Below are positions 28,933 to 37,924 of a stretch of 64,000 nt of DNA, in pieces. The translations under genes and the position numbers were made by a program. The notes under the pieces were generated by a model. It was not told the origin of the DNA and made no database searches. It saw only the letters and a program-made list of their open reading frames with translations. Position 1 is the stretch's first letter. Each line of letters opens with the position of its first letter. The stretch lies in the NCBI GenBank assembly GCA_050011565.1, contig JBEKIW010000001.1, positions 256,001 to 320,000 of the forward strand, read 5' to 3'. The DNA is from Dehalococcoidia bacterium (GTDB lineage: Bacteria > Chloroflexota > Dehalococcoidia > GIF9 > UBA5629).

Positions 28933-31900
28933 TTAGCTAAACCGCCTCCGTCTTATGAGCATCCATATAGCCAGCGCCAGTATTATGGCAGCGATAATGC
29001 CGCCGATAGGCCACCAGTTAATAGATGGCGGCCCGGCTACCACAAATTCGCCGGTCAGGCTGGCTATCTCTATCTGATATTTGCCGATAGCGTCTTCAGC
29101 TACAGTGAAACTCACTATCTGGTTTGCTCCAGCCCCAAGCGTTATCTGTTTGGTTGATTCGACCACACCATTGACTTTCAGTTCCACTGTATAATCTCCG
29201 CTGGTGCCGCCTGTGTTGGACACATTAACGCTGATGGTAACTTGCTGTGCGGGTTGGGTCTGAGTTGGGTTGATGTTTAATTTGCTTACTTCAAAGTTAG
29301 GTGCCACCTTTGCCAGCTTGGCCAGTAAAGTATCGGGTACGAAGTAGTTCAGCGTGCCGCGGGCTTGACCGACCTCGGCGACAACTCCCTCCGAGCCCAT
29401 GGCTAGCCAACCCTGGTTGGGATTGGGGTAGTAGGAGAGTAGCACCTCCGAGACATTCTTGGGCAGCTCATTGGGGTCATAAGCTGAAGACATAGTAAAT
29501 AGCGGAGAAATGGTAATCGGAGATGGAGTCAGTCCATTCAGGGAAGCATAAGCATTGATCTCGTAGGTAGGTCCGATTGTTTTTGCATTAACTGCTGGTG
29601 GTGACGAGCCAACCGTTGTTATTTTGATGAGTTGTGGTACCTTATTGCCTTCCAGAGTTAGTTTTGTTCCCTCTTTGGCTTCCCAGCTATTATGTTTTGG
29701 CGGGTCGAAAGCCAGACAATTTTCACAAAGGACTCCGTCTGAGGTCATTGTGGCTGTGGTTGTTTGGCCCAGCATATTTACCGTGAGCGTCAGTGGGCAG
29801 GCAGATGCTGTGGCTGTAGGGGCTGCCGCGGCAAGAACACTTGCGGGTATGCCACCTATACCGCCACCTCCGCCGCCACCACTGATGGGAGGGGGCATTG
29901 GCAAGTACATGTTTACGGAAACAGAAGCAGTGGCGCAGGTGTAGCATGTGGGAGCCTTGGCGGATATCGTGGCTGGGGACGAGTTGGTGCTGGAGGTGAA
30001 GACAGCAGTGGCGATGCCGCTGGTGGTGGTCTTGGGGCTTTCGATGGAACCTGTGTCCGTAGTAAAGATGATTTGGGTGCCATCAGGAATATGCCCTTGG
30101 GCTGAAGTATCCTGCCCATCAGAGTTCTTGGTCATGTCCGCGGTGATGACGGAGGTTGATACACCGTCTGCCGGGATGCTCGGCGGGTTGGCGCTCAGGT
30201 TGAGCACCAGCCAGGGGTCGTACGTGACGTTGTCTGACACCTTATCGCCGCTGCCCGGGCCGACGGCTCCAGGACCGTCATTGCAGCCCCACCAGTTATT
30301 GGTGGCGTCCAGAGTACCGATGCCAGCGTTGTTAGCGCCGTAAACCGTGTTGCAGACGATGTTGTTGAAGCTGGCGCTGACATTGGCAGCGTTAACTTCG
30401 GATTCAACCAGGATGCCATTACCATTGCTAGATAACATATTGCCCATAAGGGTGCTACCGGCGGCCACAGAGCCGAATAAGCGAATACCGTTTACCCAAG
30501 AAGAGACGGTATTGTTAGTGATGGTGGCCGCGATGCTTCCAGCTGCGTCGTTTGCAGAAGTATCGCCGATTATGATGCCGTCAGCCGATGTTGACCCACT
30601 TGTGAGCTGGTTATTATCTATGGTGATTGCTAGGGATGCACCGGCGACGTATGTTTGAGCCATAATCGCCGCTTCCTCCCACCCGGGGATGTCCTTTACG
30701 CCACTCACGGTATTGCCCACAAAGGAAACAGTGTATGAACCCGCCGTATAGTACTGAGCCCCCATAGGCTCTCGTCCCACCGTTCCGCCAGTCACTGTGT
30801 TAGCCTGCGCTGCAACGCTGCTATCCTGGGCTATGATCCCGAATTGGCAGTCAGTTATGATGTTGTTGTTGGCGGTGGAACCACCGCTGTTGTTAAAAAG
30901 GATGCCCGCGGCCCACCATGTTTCCGGGACATATTCAAGGTTGCTAATCGTATTATAATTCACCGTCGCTACAGCGGCCCAGCCGATATCAACGCCGTTC
31001 TGAACCTCGTCCCCGACAGGTAGAGGACCTCGCCCAGTAATCGTGTTGTGATGTATGTTGACGGTGAGCGTATTTCCCTTGGCGTTTATGCCCTCCTTGT
31101 CGAAGTTCGTGATTGTTGAACCTTTGACTTCCACAGAGACGGTGTTCGTTGCCGCTGAGAGATACATGCCATAGCCACGGTCTGAAGTAGAATCCAAAGC
31201 TCCTCCTCCAACCACACTGACAGTATCCATTGTGCCGCCGGTCTCACGGTAGAAGATACCGGCAAGGTAATCGGCTCCGGTCGGCATGGTGGTAACACTG
31301 CTTTCATCGACTTTCAGATTCTTCACCGTTACCGCGCTGCCATCGGAAACGTTGGCTACAATGATGCCGGCAATCTGCTTCGTGCCGCCACCCGCGGACA
31401 AGCCGCTGAACACCTGCGTGAGTATGGCAGCCGAAGAAGGCTTTACAATGGTAGTATCACCAGCACCCTGCAACGTCAGGCTCTTGTTTATCACTACCTG
31501 CTCATCATACGTCCCCGCCGCCACATTCACCGTGCTGCCAGCCACGGCATCGACGCCATCCTGGATAGTGGCGAAGGCATCATAGCCGAAGACGTGCCCA
31601 TCAACTATCTCACCCTCATATTTACCTGCCCAGTCATCGTCTACCCACACTTCCGTGGGAGTTCCCTGAACAGCCGCCACACCACCCCATGTCACAGTAC
31701 CGTCGCCAGCAGCATATTCCCAGTTCCCGACGAATACGAATGGATTGACCGCAGATTTATTTACGGCGGCTTCAGGTACATCCTGATATTGCGGCGCATC
31801 AAACATCTGGAACCACGTCATAGCCGCATTATTCAAAGGGTTGGTGGTCTTATGCACACGCTGAAACGCAGTAACCCGGAAACCATTGCCCGGCCCCAAG

Positions 31901-32466
31901 TCATGGAATATCATCTTAAAGTCAAATGTGTCGTACTCCGCATCGCCTGTGCAATGATATCCGCCATTCGCAAGTTGTGACCCTGCGTTCTGATACGGTG
32001 TGTTCCAGCCAAAACCCGGTCCCTGGAACTGGTTTGTGGCATCTGTATACCATTGCTGACTCAAATAATACAGAGCCTGATTCCATCCAGCCCACATCTG
32101 GTTCATCCATGCGGAGCTCCTGGGATTGATACACGGTCCAAGAGCTGTCTGGTTAGTGATTCCAAGTTGAAAACCGGTCTTAAAGGTAGGTGCTGGCAAA
32201 GGAGGCGTATAAGGGCAGGACCAGTTGAGCGTACGACTGTCCTTCATGTCCACGTTCATCGCGTACAGGACCAAGTCGCCAGCAGTTAAGTTAAACGTTG
32301 CTGGAAACACTGTCCCTGAACCACCACACCACTCCCCTACCCCTGTCGTTATCGATCCTCCAGGAAACACAAAGGAACCGTCTGCCTTCACCGGGCTTGC
32401 CGGCGCTAGGCTGAAGCTTAGCGACAGCACCAAGGCAAATAAAATGCTAAAAATCTTCTTTTTCAC
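28933..32466 (-). CDS. Large secreted, C-terminally anchored protein with right-handed beta-helix, invasin/Big_1-like domain, shared anchor module, CARDB-like domain and TM
   Basis: GTG start with MKKKIF signal peptide; TIQDGVDAV...VNVAAGTYDEQVVINKSLTLQG beta-helix start; DATNNWWG; SANPPSIPADGVSTSVITA; NWW-TM-RRR. Confidence 0.8.
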   Translation of the reverse strand: MKKKIFSILFALVLSLSFSLAPASPVKADGSFVFPGGSITTGVGEWCGGSGTVFPATFNLTAGDLVLYAMNVDMKDSRTLNWSCPYTPPLPAPTFKTGFQLGITNQTALGPCINPRSSAWMNQMWAGWNQALYYLSQQWYTDATNQFQGPGFGWNTPYQNAGSQLANGGYHCTGDAEYDTFDFKMIFHDLGPGNGFRVTAFQRVHKTTNPLNNAAMTWFQMFDAPQYQDVPEAAVNKSAVNPFVFVGNWEYAAGDGTVTWGGVAAVQGTPTEVWVDDDWAGKYEGEIVDGHVFGYDAFATIQDGVDAVAGSTVNVAAGTYDEQVVINKSLTLQGAGDTTIVKPSSAAILTQVFSGLSAGGGTKQIAGIIVANVSDGSAVTVKNLKVDESSVTTMPTGADYLAGIFYRETGGTMDTVSVVGGGALDSTSDRGYGMYLSAATNTVSVEVKGSTITNFDKEGINAKGNTLTVNIHHNTITGRGPLPVGDEVQNGVDIGWAAVATVNYNTISNLEYVPETWWAAGILFNNSGGSTANNNIITDCQFGIIAQDSSVAAQANTVTGGTVGREPMGAQYYTAGSYTVSFVGNTVSGVKDIPGWEEAAIMAQTYVAGASLAITIDNNQLTSGSTSADGIIIGDTSANDAAGSIAATITNNTVSSWVNGIRLFGSVAAGSTLMGNMLSSNGNGILVESEVNAANVSASFNNIVCNTVYGANNAGIGTLDATNNWWGCNDGPGAVGPGSGDKVSDNVTYDPWLVLNLSANPPSIPADGVSTSVITADMTKNSDGQDTSAQGHIPDGTQIIFTTDTGSIESPKTTTSGIATAVFTSSTNSSPATISAKAPTCYTCATASVSVNMYLPMPPPISGGGGGGGIGGIPASVLAAAAPTATASACPLTLTVNMLGQTTTATMTSDGVLCENCLAFDPPKHNSWEAKEGTKLTLEGNKVPQLIKITTVGSSPPAVNAKTIGPTYEINAYASLNGLTPSPITISPLFTMSSAYDPNELPKNVSEVLLSYYPNPNQGWLAMGSEGVVAEVGQARGTLNYFVPDTLLAKLAKVAPNFEVSKLNINPTQTQPAQQVTISVNVSNTGGTSGDYTVELKVNGVVESTKQITLGAGANQIVSFTVAEDAIGKYQIEIASLTGEFVVAGPPSINWWPIGGIIAAIILALAIWMLIRRRRFS

Positions 32467-32530
32467 TCTGAAACCTCCGGCTATTTGATTTCGATAAAAG
32501 CCACTTATACCTTTTCCCCTTTTTCCGAAT

Positions 32531-32618
32531 AAAAAAACCGACCGCTAAAATGGGTCGGTTTCACTACTGGCTCGGCATCAGCCAAGTGACCAAATTGCGG
32601 CTGGTGCTTCATCGCCCC
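32531..32618 (-). ncRNA. c-di-GMP-II-like riboswitch copy 4 with terminator
   Basis: Same core (GGGGCGAUGAAGCACCAGCC...UUUGGUCACUUGGCUGAUGCCGAGCCAGUAGUGAAACCGACCC) followed by GGUCGGUUUUUUU. Confidence 0.85.
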
Positions 32619-32745
32619 ACCCTCCTACGTTGTAGTGTTTATAAATTATTGTTAGTTAATCACCTACCTGTCGGCTCGTTTCGGAAACTGCTTTGAGCCG
32701 TGTTGGAATTCATCCAAACAGAATCCCCAGTGTATGTTTGAGTAC

Positions 32746-32774
32746 ATATTCGCATAGTATCAATTGTTTGTCAA
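32746..32774 (-). promoter_or_regulatory. Sigma70-type promoter TTGACA-17-TGnGAATAT
   Basis: Same geometry as the other three leaders. Confidence 0.55.
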
Positions 32775-32963
32775 TAGGATTTACATGATTTTTTCATTAA
32801 AACTTCACCGAATCTTCACATTTCTGGCCATTTGGGGCAGATTTATCGCAGGGAATCACCCGTTTAGGAATTAGTACTAGTTTACAGCGTGACTAAACTA
32901 CGCGTCAAAACGTGACCTACGGGTGATTCGGAAAAAGACCAGACCGTATACACTAGTTTTGAT

Positions 32964-33980
32964 ATGGCCAGCGTTAAGTTTACATTGTTATTGCTTGTCC
33001 TCCTTTGCTCCCTGGCAACTTTTGCATTAATGCCGGCTGTGCAAAATATCTCTGACGCATCAGGCACTGTAGCTGTTCTCCCTTCAGAGTTTGAATCTAG
33101 CGCTCATGAATCAGCGGTAATGGCTGCGAATGGTGATTATTCGGGTAGGCAATGGGCTATACCGAAGATTATGGCGCCTCAGGCCTGGGAAGTTACATCA
33201 GGGGCAAACAACGTGGTCATCGCCGTATTGGATACGGGCATCGACAAGCAGCAGGAGGACCTCGTGGGCAAAGTGATAGCCGAAGTGAATTTCACGGACA
33301 GCCTAACGACTGACGATATATATGGCCACGGGACACATATAGCCGGCGTCATCGCCGCATGGGCGGGGAGCGGTGCCGGTGTTGCCGGTTTAGCACCTGA
33401 TTGTCGCTTAATGAACGTCAAAGTAGCTGATGACCAGGGCAGGTTCGATAGTTCGGTGGCAGCCAGGGGCGTTATCTGGGCAGTGGACCACGGCGCCAAT
33501 GTCATAAATATGAGTCTGGTTAGCACCGAGCCATCACCAAGATTAGAGGAAGCAATCAACTATGCCTGGAACCAGGGAGCCGTGGTGATAGCTGCGGCTG
33601 GCAACCTTGTAGGTGACAAGATAGTATATCCGGCCTACTATTCGAATTGTATTGCCGTGGCGGCCACCGACAGTAACGATTGTGTGGCCTCGTGGTCGAG
33701 TCAAGGAGATTGGGTGGATGTGGCTGCTCCCGGCGTAGATATCTATTCTACACTGCCTGATAACAAATATGGTAGCAAGAGCGGCACTTCGATGGCCGCA
33801 GCCCATGTATCCGGATTGGCCGGCCTGCTCTTTGCGTTAGAGAAAGATAGGAATAACGACGGCCTTGTCAATGACGAGGTTAGAGCCGCCATTGAGAATG
33901 GCTGTGACGGACTTACCGGTGCTGTTAAAGGGCGCATTAATGCTTTCCATGCCGTAAGCAACGCATTAACCTCCAATTAG
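32964..33980 (+). CDS. Secreted subtilisin-family (S8) serine protease
   Basis: Catalytic triad motifs VLDTGID, HGTHIAG and SGTSMAAAHV; signal peptide. Confidence 0.93.
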   Translation: MASVKFTLLLLVLLCSLATFALMPAVQNISDASGTVAVLPSEFESSAHESAVMAANGDYSGRQWAIPKIMAPQAWEVTSGANNVVIAVLDTGIDKQQEDLVGKVIAEVNFTDSLTTDDIYGHGTHIAGVIAAWAGSGAGVAGLAPDCRLMNVKVADDQGRFDSSVAARGVIWAVDHGANVINMSLVSTEPSPRLEEAINYAWNQGAVVIAAAGNLVGDKIVYPAYYSNCIAVAATDSNDCVASWSSQGDWVDVAAPGVDIYSTLPDNKYGSKSGTSMAAAHVSGLAGLLFALEKDRNNDGLVNDEVRAAIENGCDGLTGAVKGRINAFHAVSNALTSN

Positions 33981-34034
33981 CCAGAACGAAGCAATCTCGA
34001 CACTGTTTACCTCCCGAGATTGCTTCGTTCTGGC
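33980..34034. terminator. Perfect 20-bp inverted repeat after the protease (terminator or REP)
   Basis: GCCAGAACGAAGCAATCTCG ... CGAGATTGCTTCGTTCTGGC. Confidence 0.7.
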
Positions 34035-34107
34035 TTTCTCTACAGTATAACGGTGGATAGACTTTAGTCTTTACAATTTCATCGCCCCGGCAGTATAATC
34101 TGGGGCG

Positions 34108-35625
34108 ATGTCAAAAATGAATCAAGACCTGCTTGGTCTACTGGCCAAGGTATCCGATATTCTCACCCAGCTAAACTGCCCCGCTTATATAGTCGGTGGC
34201 TTCGTTCGCGACTGGCTGCTGGGCAGGAAGACAGACGATATCGATATTGCCGTAAAAGGTGACGCCTTGAGCATAGCTCAGCAAGTAGCCAGAGCCATCG
34301 ATGGAAAATATGTTTTGCTTGATGAAACCAATAAGATAGCTCGGGTGGTTATTACCGGCGAGAACCTCTGGCACCTGGACTTCACCTCTTTTTCAAACGA
34401 TATACAGGACGACCTGGCACGGCGCGATTTCACCATCGATGCCATGGCGGTTGAGCTTCAAGCTCTGATTTTCGGTTCACCTAAACTCATTGACCCATTC
34501 TCGGGAAAAAGCGATCTGAAGAAGAAGTTAATCCGCGCTGTAAGTCAACGGATTTTTATCGACGATGCGGCCAGGCTGCTTCGGGCTGTCAGATTAGCCG
34601 CTGAGCTTGGCTTCAAGATTGCGCCCGCAACCGAAAGTCTGATTAGAAAAGATTGCCAACTAGCCAGGCTGGTACCAGGTGAGCGGGTGCGAGAAGAGCT
34701 GGTGAGGTTGTTGGCCCTACCCGGTTCTGCCGCGTCGATACGCTATCTGGATAAATTGGGTTTACTTATCGCGATAATTCCAGAACTACAAGAGCTGAAA
34801 GGAGCCAGGCAGCCGAAGGAGCACTATTGGGATGTCTTCAACCATTCAGTGGAGACCGTGGCAACGGCCGAATTATTGCTGCGAGAGAGCAAGTGGAAAT
34901 ATGGTGAGGACGATTTGTTAACCGCAACCCCGTGGTCGGAAGAGATAAGTCGGCATTTCGATGAAGAGGTGTCCAGCGGCAGCAATCGCAGGCTGCTGCT
35001 TAAGCTGGGCGCGCTGATGCATGATATCGCTAAACCGGCGACCAGGACAGTTGATGAAACGGGCAGGACACGTTTTTTAGGTCATGGAAAAGAGGGCGCG
35101 GCTATAGCAGTTACAGTTTTGGAAAGGCTGCGGTTCAGTAGTCGGGAGACAAGATTGGTGGAGAATCTGATTTATCACCATCTCCGTCCGGCTCAGATGG
35201 CTAACGACGGTCTGCCTACCAGCCGGGCAGTTTATCGTTACTTTCGTGATACCGAGGGTGCGGGAATCGATGTATTATTTATAGCCCTGGCTGATTATCT
35301 GGCTACGCATGGTCCGAAACTTGACATTGAAGAATGGAAACAGCATAATCTGTTGATTAGTTTTATACTGACTGAGCATTCCAGGCAAGAAACTAAGGTT
35401 TTGCCGGTCAAGTTGATAGATGGTCACGATTTAATGGATATATTCGGCTTGAGGCCGGGGCGTTTGCTGGGCGAGCTTTTGGCCGAGGTGCGAGAGTCTC
35501 AAGCGGCTGAAGAACTGAGTACCAGAGACGAAGCTCTGGAACTGGTGCGCAAAGAATTGGAGAAACGGCAGGCGGCACGGCCTGTTGAGATTATGCAACC
35601 AAATCAAATTGATAGAAACAGGTAG
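34108..35625 (+). CDS. cca: CCA-adding enzyme / poly(A) polymerase family nucleotidyltransferase with HD domain
   Basis: VGGFVRD, DIDI, DLARRDFTIDAMA, RLLRAVR and LMHDIAKP motifs. Confidence 0.88.
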   Translation: MSKMNQDLLGLLAKVSDILTQLNCPAYIVGGFVRDWLLGRKTDDIDIAVKGDALSIAQQVARAIDGKYVLLDETNKIARVVITGENLWHLDFTSFSNDIQDDLARRDFTIDAMAVELQALIFGSPKLIDPFSGKSDLKKKLIRAVSQRIFIDDAARLLRAVRLAAELGFKIAPATESLIRKDCQLARLVPGERVREELVRLLALPGSAASIRYLDKLGLLIAIIPELQELKGARQPKEHYWDVFNHSVETVATAELLLRESKWKYGEDDLLTATPWSEEISRHFDEEVSSGSNRRLLLKLGALMHDIAKPATRTVDETGRTRFLGHGKEGAAIAVTVLERLRFSSRETRLVENLIYHHLRPAQMANDGLPTSRAVYRYFRDTEGAGIDVLFIALADYLATHGPKLDIEEWKQHNLLISFILTEHSRQETKVLPVKLIDGHDLMDIFGLRPGRLLGELLAEVRESQAAEELSTRDEALELVRKELEKRQAARPVEIMQPNQIDRNR

Positions 35626-35639
35626 TTACAGGTAGTTAA

Positions 35640-36974
35640 TTGAGAAGAGGAAATACACCCTTACTAATTTTTATACTGGTTCTATTCGGTTTCTGCCTGT
35701 GGGTGATATGGCCGGGCAATGGCATATTTGGCAGGAATGAGTTCACCTTAGGGCTTGACCTCAAGGGAGGCAGCCATCTGGTTTACAGCATTGACCTGTC
35801 CAAGAAGGACCCGGCACAGTCAAATGCTGATGTCATCGATGGTGTAAAACAGAAAATCGAGCGCCGAGTTAATGCGTATGGTGTAACCGAGCCTATAGTC
35901 CAGTCGATTAATAATGAACGGGGTAGCTTTGTTCTTGTTCAACTTCCGGGAGTCACGGACATCGACCAGGCACTTAAGCTTATTGGTCAGACGGCTGAGC
36001 TTGATTTCAGAGAACGCGTGGTCGATTCCAGCGGCAATCCGGTGCTTGATGAAAATGGCAATCCGGAGTGGGTCATTGCTAAAGCTAAAGGCAGCGACGG
36101 ACAGGAAAGGGAGCTTGCCGGCAAGTATCTAAAGCCGAATGCCCAGGTGGTTTTAACGCCGCAGACTAACGAGCCTGAAGTGGCTTTCGAATGGAACTCT
36201 GAAGGCGCCGTCCTGTTTGAACAGATTACCCAGCGCAATCTGCAGAAACCACTGGGCATATTCCTGGATAACCAGCTTATCTCGGCGCCAACGGTGCAAT
36301 CCGTGATTAAGGAGAAAGGCGTTATTACCGGTCTTAATTTAGAAGCAGCCAAAACACTAGCTATACAGCTTAACTCGGGCTCTCTGGATGTCCCCCTGAC
36401 TCTGGTTGAACGCAGAGATATTGGGGCTACTCTGGGGGAGGATTCTCTAAAGAAAAGTCTTCAGGCCGGGATAATCGGGTCGGCCATGGTGATTATATTT
36501 ATGATTGCCTATTACCGTTTCTCGGGTCTCATGGCCTGCCTGGCACTGATAGTTTACGTGGTTTTGAACCTGGCTATTTTTAAGTTAATTCCGGTAGTTT
36601 TGACGCTTCCCGGTATTGCCGGTTTTCTGGTATCGGTAGGCATGGGAGTAGATGGCAATGTCCTTGTAGCCGAGCGTCTGAAAGAAGAATTGAGACGCGG
36701 GCGTACTCTTGGGGCGGCGATAGAAGAGGGCTTCCGCCAGTCCTGGTCAGCCATTCTTGATGCTAATGTAACCGTTTTTATCGCTTGTGCCGTCCTTTAC
36801 TGGTTGGGAAATACCTTCGGCAATTTTTTGGTTCTGGGTTTTGCTACAACTCTGTTCATCGGTACGGCCTTGAGCATGTTTACACAGGTTGTGGTTACCC
36901 GGACTTTCCTGCGTACCATTGTTGGGCTCGGCATGGCTAAAAGCCCGGGCGCTTATGGAGTAGCGAAGCAATGA
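35640..36974 (+). CDS. secD: Protein translocase subunit SecD
   Basis: LGLDLKGG, RRVNAYGVTEP, TLPGIAG and GMGVDGNV motifs. Confidence 0.96.
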   Translation: MRRGNTPLLIFILVLFGFCLWVIWPGNGIFGRNEFTLGLDLKGGSHLVYSIDLSKKDPAQSNADVIDGVKQKIERRVNAYGVTEPIVQSINNERGSFVLVQLPGVTDIDQALKLIGQTAELDFRERVVDSSGNPVLDENGNPEWVIAKAKGSDGQERELAGKYLKPNAQVVLTPQTNEPEVAFEWNSEGAVLFEQITQRNLQKPLGIFLDNQLISAPTVQSVIKEKGVITGLNLEAAKTLAIQLNSGSLDVPLTLVERRDIGATLGEDSLKKSLQAGIIGSAMVIIFMIAYYRFSGLMACLALIVYVVLNLAIFKLIPVVLTLPGIAGFLVSVGMGVDGNVLVAERLKEELRRGRTLGAAIEEGFRQSWSAILDANVTVFIACAVLYWLGNTFGNFLVLGFATTLFIGTALSMFTQVVVTRTFLRTIVGLGMAKSPGAYGVAKQ

Positions 36975-37879
36975 TTGATTTGGTGGGTAAAAGAAACTGG
37001 TTTTTCCTTATCTCGGCCATTGTAATCATTCCCGGCATAATCTCATTGGCGGTCTTCGGTCTTAAACCGGGAGTAGATTTCAGCAGCGGCACAGCTATGA
37101 CCTTACACTTCGATAAGGCGGTGGAGTTAGCCCAGGTACGTCAGCAGCTAACCACCCTGGGTTTTGACCAGGCTGTTGTTCAGCCGGCTGGCGAAGGTGA
37201 TTTCTTTATTCGACTCCCGGAATTATCCACTGAGCAAACAACCAAGCTCAAGGACAGTTTGCAGACCGGGTTAGATACTACAATTACGATTAGTAGCCTT
37301 TACTCTGTTTCGCCGACTGTAGCTGCCGGGACAGTGCGCAACACTTTCATCGCTGTGGTTGTGGCTGCCATAGGCATCTTGCTATATATTTCCTGGGCAT
37401 TTCGTAAAATGCCTAACCCCATACGGTGGGGTACCTGCGCTATTATTGCTCTGGCGCATGACCTGGTAGTGGTTGTCGCTGTATTCTCCATTTTGGGATG
37501 GGCGGCCGGCCTGGAAGTCGATGCCTTGTTTGTCACGGGTGTTCTGGCAGTTGTCGGCGTCAGCGTGAATAATATCGTGGTTGTGTTCGACCGCATTCGA
37601 GAGAACAACAAGAGAGGTGTGAGCCGTGACTTCGCGGTGGTGGCAAACTACGGCATCGTTGAGTCGTTAGGTCGTTCTCTGAATACGGGTCTGGCTACTC
37701 TTTTTGTTATAGTGGCGCTTTATCTGCTGGGTGGAGTGACTACTCATACTCTGGTGCTGGCGCTTATGATTGGCATAGCTACTGGAATCTATTCTTCCCT
37801 GTGCATTGCCGGGCAGCTTTTGGTAGTTTGGGAAAAGGGCCTCTCTCCTCGGAAAAAGGAAGCCACGAGCACCGCCTAA
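36971..37879 (+). CDS. secF: Protein translocase subunit SecF
   Basis: GVDFSSGT, ALAHD and VVFDRIREN motifs; ATGA overlap with secD. Confidence 0.96.
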   Translation: MIDLVGKRNWFFLISAIVIIPGIISLAVFGLKPGVDFSSGTAMTLHFDKAVELAQVRQQLTTLGFDQAVVQPAGEGDFFIRLPELSTEQTTKLKDSLQTGLDTTITISSLYSVSPTVAAGTVRNTFIAVVVAAIGILLYISWAFRKMPNPIRWGTCAIIALAHDLVVVVAVFSILGWAAGLEVDALFVTGVLAVVGVSVNNIVVVFDRIRENNKRGVSRDFAVVANYGIVESLGRSLNTGLATLFVIVALYLLGGVTTHTLVLALMIGIATGIYSSLCIAGQLLVVWEKGLSPRKKEATSTA

Positions 37880-37924
37880 ACATAAACGCTGCCTACCTTC
37901 TGCCGACTCGAACATTAATCAAGA

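Noticed and set aside
20096-32618. Repeated ~90-nt elements as a CRISPR array or MITEs
   Set aside because: They are dispersed kilobases apart, always in 5' leaders, with no spacers, cas genes or target duplications; a riboswitch explains them.
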